From the NCBI RefSeq assembly GCF_006345805.1, contig NC_042997.1, forward strand, positions 135,036,001 to 135,100,000: a stretch of DNA of 64,000 nt, read 5' to 3'. The notes under the pieces are model-generated. The model was not told the DNA's origin. It saw only the letters and a program-made list of their open reading frames with translations, and did not search any database. The DNA comes from Octopus sinensis (Eukaryota). The position numbers and the translations under genes are program-made. Below, in pieces: positions 36,672-48,833 of the stretch. Every line of letters begins with the position of its first letter. Position 1 is the stretch's first letter.

Positions 36672-37680
36672 GGTGAGCTGGCAGAATCGTTATTGCTCCG
36701 TATCAATAGCAGCATCAGCCACAGCAGCAGTAGCAGCAACAACAAGACTAAAGCGTCAGTTATCGATTTAGTTTCAGTGATATTATCCTACATGACCCTC
36801 GTGGGCCTTCAGTGAAAGTTAAATCTAAATTCTTAGATTTACTAAGTGAGCAGACAAAACTTCTTAAGAGATTTAGGAAGATTCAGTATAGTCTTTAATT
36901 TAAAATAATATCAATAATTCTATCACTGTATTGGTGAATTATTTTCGATTATGCTTGTAAAAATAATAGAAATATATCTTAGAAGTTTATCAATTCTAAA
37001 ACTTCTTTGTCTCATATTAGCTTTTAATGTTATATCCAGTGAACTAGCACTTATGCCACAATGCATTTGCATGTAATAATAATGTCAGTGTGTTTTCTAT
37101 TTCTTTTTACAGAGAATGTCATCTCTTACCGGTTGCTTGAGCAACAAAAGAAATGTGTTTACTGTTATGATCACCTTGTTTTGTTTACTTGCCATTTAAT
37201 CAATATTTCTGCAAAGCATTCAGATCCATCACTTTGAATATGCCGGCTCTCTTTCGCTTACGTACTGACGTAAGATCTATCACATCAAAATACTTCTTAA
37301 TGCATAGATTACTTAGAATAACAATGTAACAAATGAAATCCTCACATTTAAGTACATTTATTTAGAATCCAACGGAGCAGCAGAGCTTCTAATTTGTTCA
37401 TTTGATTTGCTAGAAATAACAATTGAAACGTTATCTTATTTCACCACCCAAATGGGCGTGTGCGCACTAGATAATTTTGTCTAGATTTATTATATCTTAA
37501 TGAAATAGCGAACGCTTAGAAATGGTAGCCTTTAGCTCATAAGTCTGCTCTATAATTACTGATTTGTGAGCTCTAAGCAACAAGAACAAGGACTATAAGT
37601 ACTCTTTAGCTTGCTGAGTTAAAATATTGCTGCTATAAACATGGTATTATTTTTATTCGTATAACCTAGATTTAGGCATT

Positions 37681-37884
37681 GGTTTCAAAATTTGGCACCA
37701 AGCCAGCAATATAGGAGTGGGTGTCAGTTGATTACATCGACTCCAGTGTTCAACTGGTACTTATTTTATCGATCCCGAAAGGATAAAAGGCAAAGTCGAC
37801 CGCAGCAGAATTTGAAATCATAACGTAAAATCAAACGATATGTCGCTAAATATCTCGGCCGGCCTACTAACGATTCTGCCAGCA
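37681..37884 (-). mobile_element. Family A SINE
   Basis: gattacatcgactccagtg...ggtacttattttatcgatcccgaaaggataaaaggcaaagtcgac...aacgattctgccagc. Confidence 0.85.
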
Positions 37885-38654
37885 TTTAGATATAAATTTT
37901 AGACCAAGTTTTAGATATAAAAGATTAACTAGGCGAGCACATTCTTGTTAATCAGTTTCGTATTCTTCCTCGCATTGATATACTAAATGCTGCAACTGTA
38001 TAGGTGTAATGTTTTACAAACATGGCATGCTCCTTAATCTGAACTCAATGCACTTCTTAGAACTTTTTAGTAAGAGTTTTGACACAAGTGTATCATAATA
38101 CAAACATTTGTGACTTAATGTCATATAACATAATACTATGTATATAACTTTTGACCTTTGACCATGCTGCTAAGCACACTGAATTCCTCACTAATAGTTG
38201 GTTGAATATATCCTCTCTGTGATTATGGCTGTGTTGTCTCCATATCAAATATACAACCCACTTAAGAATTCTTCTGTTGTATTGCACACTCCACATTCCT
38301 TCTTCTCCAAACATTCAGTTATGTTTAAATATTTATTAACCTTCACTTGCCCCAAGCTCTGGGTGTGATCCAGTAGGTATTTGTGTCAGACACAAGATGA
38401 TGATGATGATGATACAGACAAACAGACTGATCAGAGAGCAGTATCAAAGAACTAAGACAAAAAACATGTCCGTTAATTGATATGATTGTGCCTCCTGACA
38501 GAAACATCCTAGGAAAAGAATTTGAAAAACGGTCGAAGTACTTCATTGGTACTCTGCGTTATCACTCTTCGGAAAGATGAAAGTCAAAGTTGACCTCTGT
38601 GGGTTTTGAACTCAAAATGTAAAATGCCGGAACGAATGCCGCAACGAAGAAAAT

Positions 38655-38678
38655 GAACAGTAGCAGCCAGCAACAGCG

Positions 38679-38709
<31 letters not shown>

Positions 38710-38720
38710 AACGACCACTA

Positions 38721-38764
<44 letters not shown>

Positions 38765-38789
38765 ACTACTACTACTACTACTGCTGCTG

Positions 38790-38842
<53 letters not shown>

Positions 38843-38850
38843 GTAGTAGT
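38655..38850. repeat. Inverted microsatellite (TAG)n/(CTA)n with (CTG)n
   Basis: Direct reading. Confidence 0.9.
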
Positions 38851-39477
38851 AGTTATAGCAGTCGTGCCAAAAAATTATGTTGTTCTACTATTTTCGTTGT
38901 TACTACTATATATGTGTTACGGAGACATTATAGCAAAATACCAACAGAGGAAACAGTGAGGAAATGTTGAAAGGTGAAGCAAGTCAGAACTTGGATTGAA
39001 TCAATATTGTCTTTAATAATATAGGTTGTTGCTTGAAGATTCTAATAATGAAATACCTGAATGTGTTCTTGGCGAAGACATCTGCAAACAATAGCATTTA
39101 AATATCATTATGCTTCTAATACAGGAAATATTCTCTCCACGCTACCAGAATTAGTGGCATCAAAATCTTCAGAAAGACAATGGTCTTACTATTGAACGAA
39201 AAACTGATTCTTTGACACGTTAACCACGTAAAATACTATTATCACTTTCTGCTAATATCTTGTCGCATCAGTATTTCATCTAAATTTGCTCGTATCTATA
39301 ATGATTTATCTTCATAGGTAAAAAAAAGAAGTCTGTTGATTCAGCCATGTGTGTGTGTTGTGTTTCTGTGTGCATGTATGTGTGAGTGTATATGTATATA
39401 CATGTGTGTTAATGTGTGTGTGTGTGTATGTGTTTGTGCGCGTGTGTAGTTAAGTCTACGTCTGGTATAGAGTAATC

Positions 39478-39608
39478 AATGGTTTCGCATCCACAAAAGG
39501 CTTAGTCCATGGACGTCTCGTCAGACTCTAAAGCCGCTGCAACCACAACCGGCTTTAGGGTCTGGCGAGACGTTCATGAGACTTACACTTTGTGGATGTG
39601 AAACCATT
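39478..39608 (+). other. 131-nt near-perfect hairpin (pre-miRNA-like RNA or small MITE)
   Basis: Inner 28-bp stem 39509-39536/39550-39577, 13-nt loop, outer stem tggtttcgcatccacaaa/tttgtggatgtgaaacca. The four substitutions in these stems are all G-U. Confidence 0.85.
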
Positions 39609-39612
39609 TGTC

Positions 39613-39614
<2 letters not shown>

Positions 39615-39666
<52 letters not shown>

Positions 39667-39807
39667 TAGATAGATAGATGGATGGATAGATGGATGGATA
39701 GATGGATGGATAGATGGATGGATAGATGGATGGATAGATGGATGGATAGATGGATGGATAGATGGATGGATAGATGGATAGATAGATGGATAGATAGATG
39801 GATAGAT

Positions 39808-39891
<84 letters not shown>

Positions 39892-39897
39892 ATAAAG
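39615..39897. repeat. (TA)n-(GATG/GATA)n microsatellite with a 12-mer higher-order period
   Basis: gatggatggata repeated, then (GATA)n. Confidence 0.95.
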
Positions 39898-40835
39898 AGA
39901 TAGATCTCATACAACTAATATATCCCAGTAAACTGAAATTGTTATGTTGATAGATGCCCAAATTATTTCACTGAATCGTGAGAGGCGTTAGAGTATTTCA
40001 ATCGATGTGTAAATTGTGGAGGTGAATATTTCCCGCATTTAACCCATTGTTTCAGAATGTGTGTGGTAGGGTATAAGTATGTACATAAGCGTGCTGTACC
40101 TCGCTCGAAGGAAATAAAATTAGCTTGGTTCAAAAGACTTTTACTGCATTCTAATTTGCTAATATATCAATAAATATCAAACCAACAATCATAATGACAA
40201 CTAGGATTTAAGAGGTACATTGATATAATTAATTCCTAATATTTAAAGTACTGTATCTTCATTTACAGTAAATGTCAGCGAATGAGAGAGAATTTTTTAA
40301 ACGTCCTTTTCGTAAGATCATCGGTACTCTGTCTCTTCTTATGACTAATTTCTTTAAAATATGACGTGATTAACTCTTACTGTAGTTAAAATCAAATATA
40401 TTGTTTATTTCCTATATTCAGAGAAGGCGACAGCGACAGTACGTCAGTGATAGTTAAATTCAGAATGATCAACAGAAATCCCTTTAAATTCAGCAGGAAT
40501 CAAATTTAAAGGTATATAATATATTTATGTTATTTATTACTAACACAAAGCTCCGAAGCTAACTGTGGATCAGAACAACTCTAACTAGATTTTTGATCGA
40601 TTTTTTTCACACAGTGCCTTCTATATGAAATATATTATTGATTTGCTCCGTTCACACAAGATTACAATTTCATACAGAATGGACATCATGGATTATTGAA
40701 TTCAATAAGTCGAGAATCAGTGATGCTCAGGGCGAGATTTTAGCAGATGTTTTAGAAACAAATATATACCAAGAGTTTTCGTTTGGTGCGTTTCTTTCTT
40801 TTCCACTCGATAATACCAATAATGTTTCTAAGATA

Positions 40836-41997
40836 GTGAGGGTCGGTTGAAAAACCCTACCCTGGTATGTGACTAAATGAGGTTTATTTTTCAACATAAA
40901 TTCCCTTGCGGTCCAGACACTCCTTCTGTCGCTGTTGCAGTGCTTGGATTTCATTGATGAAAGCTTGCATCCAGTTGATAAAAGACGTTATGAACAGCAG
41001 AGATGATGCCATTATCACTGCGATACTGGTTTCCAGTCAGGTGCTTTTTCCTGTTGGTGAACAGATAATAGTTAAATGGGGACAAATCAGGAAAAAAATA
41101 GGGAGGGTGATCAATCAGTTCTAAACCATTGAAACCAAGGACTTGTATGCTGCATCATTGTCCTGATGAAACAAGTTACCTTTCGTTAGTTTTACTGGCG
41201 TTTGGTCTTGATAGCCTCTCGTAACAACTTCAGCAAGTTGGCACAGTACTCTCCATTGAGAGTATAATGCGTTTCGTACTTGGACAAACAGGCCATCTGC
41301 TTTCTGCAGACGAAACGACCTTGGCGTTCTTTGAAGTAAGTGAGGAACGGTGTTTCCACTGCATGGATTGTCTCTTTGTCTCTGGCTCAAAGTGATGAAG
41401 CCAATACTCATCCTGATGTGGTGAGACTAGTGCGCTTTTGATCAGGTCTCAGAAGACGTGGCAGAGTAGAAACCTTTGTCATGCCAAGTATATTGTGCAG
41501 AGTATTTTCAACTCCCCACGGGATATGAAAATAACATTGGTTATTTGATATATAGTCAATCGCCAGTCATCCATCAACATGTGGTGTACATGATCAATAT
41601 TTTCCTCGGTGGTGGCAGTTGACGGTTATCCAGACCTTGTCATCTTCAAAACTCTCCTCTCCCTTCCCCTCCCAAATTCAGCTGCCTGCTTTTGCATTAT
41701 TGATAAAGCTGAAGCGTCATTCCATAATGTAGCAATCATGTCAGCGTGAACCTTGTTGGGGGCTAAAACCACTTTCTCCAGGTACTTGATAACACCACGA
41801 TGTTAAATTTTGATCCTTTTCAAGAGAAGTCGCTAGTAGTTACTTTCGAAGTCTTGTTTGGATAGTCAGATGTCAGTTTACCTGGAAAGAAACGATGATG
41901 TTATTTATAAGAGGAGTTGAAATGAAAGCATGCAAGATATCACAGCTCTAGAATCATCCTCTAATAGGCTGCCTATGAATCATTTAGTACACCATCG
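40836..41997 (-). mobile_element. Near full-length mariner element (Himar1/irritans-like), transposase pseudogene about 40884-41817
   Basis: HRGVIKYL, TTEENIDHVH, DExWLHHFEPETKRQSMQWKH, LFHQDN, ELIDHPPY..PDL, CLDRKGIYVEK*. Degenerate TIRs (tgagggtcggttgaaaa / cgatggtgtactaaatgattcatagg) flanked by TA at 40834-35 and 41998-99. Confidence 0.9.
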
Positions 41998-42002
41998 TAA
42001 GC

Positions 42003-42194
42003 AAGATCCCAGAAGTTTGGTAAGGAGACGACTGGTCGATTACATCCATCTCAATGTTTATTGGTACTTTATCCTATCGACCACGGAAGTGGGAAATGAA
42101 ATGTTGACCTCGGTGTGATTTGATCTCACGATATAAAAAGACTAACGAAATATTGCAAAGCATTTTGTCTGACTCTCTAACGATTCAGCCAGAT
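42003..42194 (-). mobile_element. Family A SINE
   Basis: ggtcgattacatcc...ggtactttatcctatcgacc...gttgacctcgg...aacgattcagccag. Confidence 0.7.
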
Positions 42195-45100
42195 CTAAAT
42201 ATTTTTTTGTTGTTATGTCGTAAAATATATAAATTACCCAGAGTTTCTAAAGTTATTCTCTATTAAATATTATATTTAGTCATTTGATTTCCTTTTTTGT
42301 ATTCTCACATTTTTTGTATTTTATTTTCAATATTGAATATGATTATTTGTAATGCAATATCGTATATTTCTACGTCGGAAGTAATGGCGGCCAAAATACA
42401 AGTGGATCTGATATTCCAGAAACGAATAGCAATTCTTCAATGTACGCGCAGGACGAATTACGTATTGATTATTTTCTGTAACAAGTCATATGATTTGCTT
42501 CAGAAAACAATCGATGCCATACAGAAGTTTTTGCTGCAACGAATTACATTAACAGGGAGATGAAAAGTGTGGATGTTCGCAGAGTTTTAGATTTGTTTGA
42601 TCAGAAATGTATTCATTTCTGCTGATTACTCGATACACCTGAAGCAAGAATAAGAATTGTTCCTACAAAATTCCAAATTACAGAAACTTGTAGTAACCGT
42701 TGACTGTTAGAGTTCATTATTCTTTTCAGTATTGTATATAGCTGAAGCCGAATAGGCGGTCAATGAACCTTTCAGCTCAGGTTTGATTGATTATTTTAAG
42801 TACTTGAAGTAAGACAACTTCTAATGGTCTCTCTAGAGCAAATTGCTCATGCAAATCATTATCATGAAACAAACATTATGTCTTTAGTAGACACTGTTAC
42901 ATGAACTCTTAAATTAGTATAACTTAAATTATTAATGCTAAAAGAAATTGATCCTTTATGATATTCGCAGGACTTTCTAAGATTTAGCGGTATGAAGAAA
43001 AGTAATTTTAAATGGTGTTAGGAATTTAATTGCTGAAAACTTTCGTTTCGTTTAGCTTTTCGTCTTACATCTTCTTCTCTTCATTTTTATATTCGAATAG
43101 AGTACACGCACGAGAAAAATAGTGGGGGGGAGAGAGAGACAGACAGAGAGACAGAGGGGGAGAGAGAGAGAGATAGAGATTCATGGTACTGTAAACTCAT
43201 CTTCCGGTCTCTACTGGCAGCTAGTTTATTGCTGCAGTCGACAGTGATGAACTGAAAGTAATTGAGGATATATTCATAAATACCCAAGCTCAACAACGTT
43301 TTTGCTTTGTTCTGAAATACCCTGTATCCGGTGACCAGTAGCGAGATTCGAAGTTAGAATGCACAGATTTGAAAAACAGGACGCATGGTATCTCGTCCAA
43401 CAATTCTAACAATTCACCTAGACTGATGTAATTTGAAACCAAAGTACTTAGAGCCGGGACGAATATAGCAAGATATATTAACCAGCGTTAAAAGAACTCT
43501 CATTATTTCACTACCTAAGGAATAGGTCAGATATATAATAAACTATACATTTAAAATGAACTTATACTGATTTGATACTAATTAATCAAGAAATAAATTG
43601 CAGACAGCAGAGAATTGTAGATTTTCCTTTCACTAAGCTATAAAAGATAGAAAAATAGAAAAGCAAGTAACACACTCACACGTATGTTATATATATTATA
43701 AATATATAACACATACAAATAATGTATATATGCATTATGTAAATACACACACACATGTATGTATGTATATATGTGTATGTGTGTGTGTACATATGCATTC
43801 ATATATATATATATATGTAAATATATAACTTAGCTGAGCATATCACTGCACACAGAGAGTTCAGATTAAGGAGCATGCCCTGCACGGAGAATTCGTTATT
43901 CGATGACTATCACAGGTCTTTGATGTTCATAACAAGCCGCTACGATTGGGCTAAGTACGAAGTAAGAAATTATTCACAAATTATTCATCTTAGATGGAAT
44001 TTCACAGCATATGATAAGGTTGAAAGATTTTGCCGTTCTAAGAAATGGTAGCCCTTTGAAATTAAGGAGCAGTTTAGGAGCTTTCAAGGCTGAGTGAAAT
44101 AATTATTGTGAGTATATGTTGTAGATGGATGGGACCAGCCACACTAAATTGCTATAATCATTAAGATAGAAAACATTAATTATATCACAACGATAAATGC
44201 ATCGAGAAGTAGCTAGTGTCAAAACAATGCGTAATATATGAGTGAATATGTGTGACTCTCTAATGTATATATGCCTCTATGTATTGTGTGTGTGCGTGTA
44301 TGTGTACGTGTGTTTGTGTGTGCGTGTGCCCTTTTCCCTTTTCCTGCAATTTAAATTAATGGTCTTATACCAACCGTTACATGTTGATGAAGTACTCCGG
44401 AATTTTCAAATAGAAGCGCGAATGACATTCTACATTTGTGAAGCCATTAGTATTACATCATTAATTTAAATTCCATAAAAGAATTTATTTTCTATTTTTC
44501 CGGTACTGAACAGTCTACTTTCAGTTCATTATTAAAGTATCGTGTATGAATGTAAATCTGCGTGCGTATGCACGAGTGTGTATGTGTGCATACATGAATT
44601 TATAATTAACTACCATTTAATGCTGCCAGTCAGTTTCCAGTAATCAGCTGCCAACCAGAGAGTGTGGTGATTTCAGAGAATATTACTATTTTCTGTGAAC
44701 GTTCTCACTGTGAAGCTTGTTGAAAATCTGCAGAACTTCATAAACCATGCATCATATAATGGATAAATGCACAAACTTCAACCAAACTATTACTAATTTA
44801 GGAAGTTGGTAAATGCTTCCATTCTTAACATTCCACGTGAGAGTGGGAAGTTATATCTTTGACGAAGTAACGAAACCATGACAACTCACTTCTAAAGAGT
44901 TAATTTCTAAGCACCGGATTTACATTTTCATACAAATTTTCAATTTTAAGCAGCTTACATCATAAGCTTATTAAACACTACTGGAAGAGGAAAATACTCA
45001 TCATACCAGAAAAAATTAATGCAAAGGTATATATCCCGCAAGCTAGAAAATACCAATAACATTGACAGGAAAACGACGCCCACCTGATTCTTGATAGCTA

Positions 45101-45572
45101 CTTCCCATGCCTCTTATCTCACATAGAAAGCTATATCTTTGCTCTCCAGGATAGGGGATAGCTACAGATATCTGAGCAATGATAGAAACAAGGATACCTC
45201 TAGGGCTCTACTTTGCGACAGAAAATGTTGATTGTATCACATCAGCATGCAAGATATCACCCATACCATCCACAGCATATTGCGGCTGCATATTATGAAC
45301 CTCTCGTGAAGCATTTTTGCTAGAACAGTCTTCAATACTATACACAGAAAGTAAGTGCTTGACAGAAATATCAAATAAACATAGGAATCAGAATGCATCT
45401 ACGCTTTTAAAAATAATGGACACTGCTGTAACATTCCAATTTTAAAAAATACAGCAATACAGTACATGCACATTATGCCAGATATGTGTGACAAGGTACG
45501 AAAGCCATGAACCGATATAGAATCAGCTGCCTACCAAATGTGATTGTTTTGTCAAATTCAGAGAAAGGTACA

Positions 45573-46631
45573 GTGTGACAAAGGACAAATTCGTGTTTGA
45601 TAAGTGCCAATACACGAAACTCTCAGCAGTTGATTTACTGTCTAACTTCTACCGATGATATATATATATATATACATATGTATAAAAAATCTCATCATGG
45701 TGCAACCAACAACATGGTAAAAATCACTGCCATTAATTTGGTGTGGATGGGTAATATCAAATGATTCAATCACAACATATATTTTAATTAAAAATGAAAA
45801 AATTGAAATATTACAATTTACATAGAAAAATTGAAGTATTATTTTCCAGTATGTTATAAGGTAAAATCTTAAATTATTAATTGACATATTATTAATTATC
45901 TTATAACAGAATTACGGAGATGTAGTTGCATAACAAGTGATTTGATCTGAGATCGTGTGCTGAAACGAAAACAATTGCAGTGTGGAAGGTGTTTGCAAGC
46001 CATTTAAGAAACACACAAAAGCCGTTCGATTCACTTCAACATTTAAGTTTAATTTATCAAAATATTTTCGTCGCTTTAAGACCGCGACCTGTTCACTGAC
46101 GACAAAAATTCGTGCTGCATTCCTGGAAAAATCATGGATTAGATGCAAAAGTGCGAGCATAAAAATTAATATTTTTAGGACTATAAACCTGGAAAAGTAT
46201 AGGACAAGTTATTACACCTAAAAAAGTATAGGACAAACAATTACTTCAAGTAATCTCAGATCAAATCACTTGCTATGCAAGTACATCTCCGTAATTCTGT
46301 TATAAGATAATTAATAATATGTCAATTAATAATTTAAGATTTTACCTTATAACATACTGAAAAATAATACTTCAATTTTTCTATGTAAATTGTAATATTT
46401 CAATTTTTTCATTTTTAATTAAAATATATGTTGTGATTGAATCATTTGATATTACCCATCCACACCAAATTAATGGCAGGGATTTTTACCATGTTGTTGG
46501 TTGCACCATGATGAGATTTTTTATACATATGTATATATATATATATCATCGGCAGAAGTTAGACAGTAAATCAACTGGTGAGAGTTTCGTGTATTGGCAC
46601 TTATCAAACACGAATTTGTCCTTTGTCACAC
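45573..46631. repeat. Fold-back: about 380-bp inverted arms (45573-45953 / 46253-46631) around a 299-bp spacer containing an HHR
   Basis: Manual comparison gives about six substitutions and one 2-nt (TA) indel between the arms. Confidence 0.95.
46053..46107 (-). ncRNA. Minimal type-I hammerhead ribozyme with G3-C8 core variant
   Basis: gtca-GTGAACA-g.gtcgc.ggtcttaaa.gcgac-GAAA-atat-T-T-tgat(aaa). Stem II is 5 bp, helix III is the palindrome AATATT, stem I is 4 bp (interrupted by a gtc duplication). Confidence 0.62.
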
Positions 46632-46776
46632 AGTAACTTCCGACGAAATAACTTCTAAAGTACAAAATTTTGTCAAAAATGTAAAGAGTAAACCCTATTC
46701 TATGTGGCACATTCTACCAGTATCGGAAGTTTGAAAGTGTTTACTTAAAAAAAATTAATCAAATAATTTATATATC

Positions 46777-46882
46777 AAAGTCGACCTCGGCGAAATTCGA
46801 ACTAAAAAAAAACGTAATGACTCACGAAATATCGTTAAGCATCTCGGACGTCGCGCTAACGTTTCGGCCAGCTCACTGCCTT
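46777..46882 (-). mobile_element. Family A SINE 5' half
   Basis: aaagtcgacctcggcgaaattcgaact...gctaacgtttcggccagctcactgcc. Confidence 0.75.
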
Positions 46883-47354
46883 CGAATGAAAGCATTCATT
46901 TTAGAAATATATTCTTTATTCTTATTGCCTAAGCGTTACTCCCTTCCTTACTTACTGACATGAAATTTTGTAACGTTTTACCTCATAACTTTTTTCTACT
47001 AATTTTTGTTCAATGCGACTAGCGATTCTGAATTCCTCATGCATTTCTCTATCATTTAAGCCTAAAAAATGTATACTTTTACTTTAAAATTTATATTAAT
47101 TGAAGATGAATATCTGCTTACTGCCCCTTGATGTCGCAGATATTTTGATGCGACTTTTTTTTTCTACTGAGCCAAATCTCAAGCTATTTATGCCAATGTG
47201 TAGCTGAGGAGGTGTCCTCTTTAAAACTATTAACAAATTTTCAATTTAGTTGAGAACTGAATTAGTGGTGAAGCTTGGAAGCTGCTGCGATTGACGAAAG
47301 AGAGAGAGAGGAATAGAGAGAGTGAGAGTCAAAGTGATGCATCAAAACTATGCT

Positions 47355-47480
47355 GCCACTCATTATAGCAGAGTAGGCTGGAGCAATGTGAAGGAAAGTG
47401 TCTTATTCAAAGACAGAAAAACCCACTCGATTGAGAAATTGAACTCAAGATTTTATGACTGTGGACCACTAAGTCCTACA
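47355..47480 (-). mobile_element. Degenerate tRNA-headed SINE head (family D)
   Basis: ctggagcaatgtgaaggaaagtgtcttattcaaagaca...aattgaactcaaga (B-box-like gagttcaatt on the minus strand). Confidence 0.5.
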
Positions 47481-48099
47481 TCGTCACAAAACGATATTTT
47501 AAATTATCAAAATATGTCTACATGCCTGCTCTGTCTGACGTCCTTGCTGCTGATTTGTATTATTAATGCAAGACTACAAATTGTAAGGCAGGTACATTAT
47601 CTCTTTAAGTGATTCCAGTATGTTACCGGTATTATTTAATCAAATTGTATAAGTGAAAAGGAAAATTCAGTCTTGATCTTCATATCACTTGTGGTCAAAC
47701 AATCATTAGATTTAGAATCTTTGAATCATATACGAGATACAGAAATACCGTCCTTCATTTGCAAGCTCAGAATAGAAGATTGCATTTGCTCTAGAGCATA
47801 AGATCCGTCACTGATATTTCTACAATACCACTGTTAGTGTACACAGAGGAATTATTTCACATGTAAGTCATTATTTTTTATCTAATAAACTTGTTTGTAT
47901 GTAAAAACATAAAAAAGATCTATTCGTGCCTGAAGAGACTGAAATAATATCAATGCCTCTTTGAAGTCGTTGCAAATACAATGAATTCATTTTGTGAGAT
48001 AAATGAAATTTGCAAGAAAGCTGTATCGAATAAAATAATGCGAAAGAATAGTTTTAAAACTGATAACAGACGTATTGGACTGAATAATCATTATTGTTA

Positions 48100-48778
48100 T
48101 CAATGCCTATACACAGCTTCTAACGCGGGAGATGTACTACGGTGTCATATGTTTACTACCAGTGAACTAAAGAAACAATTCATATTTTTCGAGCACCTTC
48201 CGGAGTATTCGAGCGGTTCCAAGCAGTGCTGTTTCCTGCAAGTTCTCCACACTTATTGCAGCCCCTATTTGTTCCATGTATTTCACAATTTTATTACTCA
48301 CAGTTCCCAAGGCTCCGACAATTATTGGTACTACTACCATCTTTTTCATCGACCACAACTGCTTAAACTCTCAAGATAACTTTTCATATCTATCAACTTT
48401 TCTTTCTTCCTTAACGCATACCTTGTTGTCAGCTGGACATGCTATACCTATGATCCAGCATAGTTTGCTTTCTTTCTCAATTACGACTATGTCTCTCTTC
48501 ATATTCTCTGTCTCATGGTCGCACTGAGTCATAAAATCCCACAGGATCTTTGCATTATCATTTTCGATGATGCCTTCGGGTTTGTGGTCGTACCAATTTT
48601 TTGGTTTGTCAAGTGCATACTTGTTGCAAAGTGTCCAATGGACAAGCCTTGCTATATTGTCGTGGCGTCTCTTATATTCCTTCTGGGCTAGTAGCGTACA
48701 TTGGCTGGTAATACGCCATACGGTTTCACCATTTTGTCCACAGATTCTGCACTTATCACGTTCTGATGTGTTGTCTAT
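48100..48778 (-). pseudogene. Dong/R4-clade LINE 3' end: CCHC knuckle + RLE domain, 5'-truncated at (TAA)n
   Basis: DKCRICGQNGETVWRITSQCTLLAQKEYKRRHDNIARLVHW...KILWDF...KRDIVV...IIGIACP...MWSMKKMVVVPIIVGALG...ALLGTARILRKVL. The catalytic PD..D residues are mutated. Confidence 0.92.
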
Positions 48779-48795
48779 TATTATTATTATTATTA

Positions 48796-48833
<38 letters not shown>

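Noticed and set aside
37113-37269. Exon-like segment with a strong acceptor (ttttctatttctttttacag) and a gtaaga donor
   Set aside because: All three frames contain stops; it could only be a non-coding exon, and there is no supporting evidence.
47925-47955. CTGAAGA-gact-GAAA string
   Set aside because: No stem II, and no stem I/III partners.
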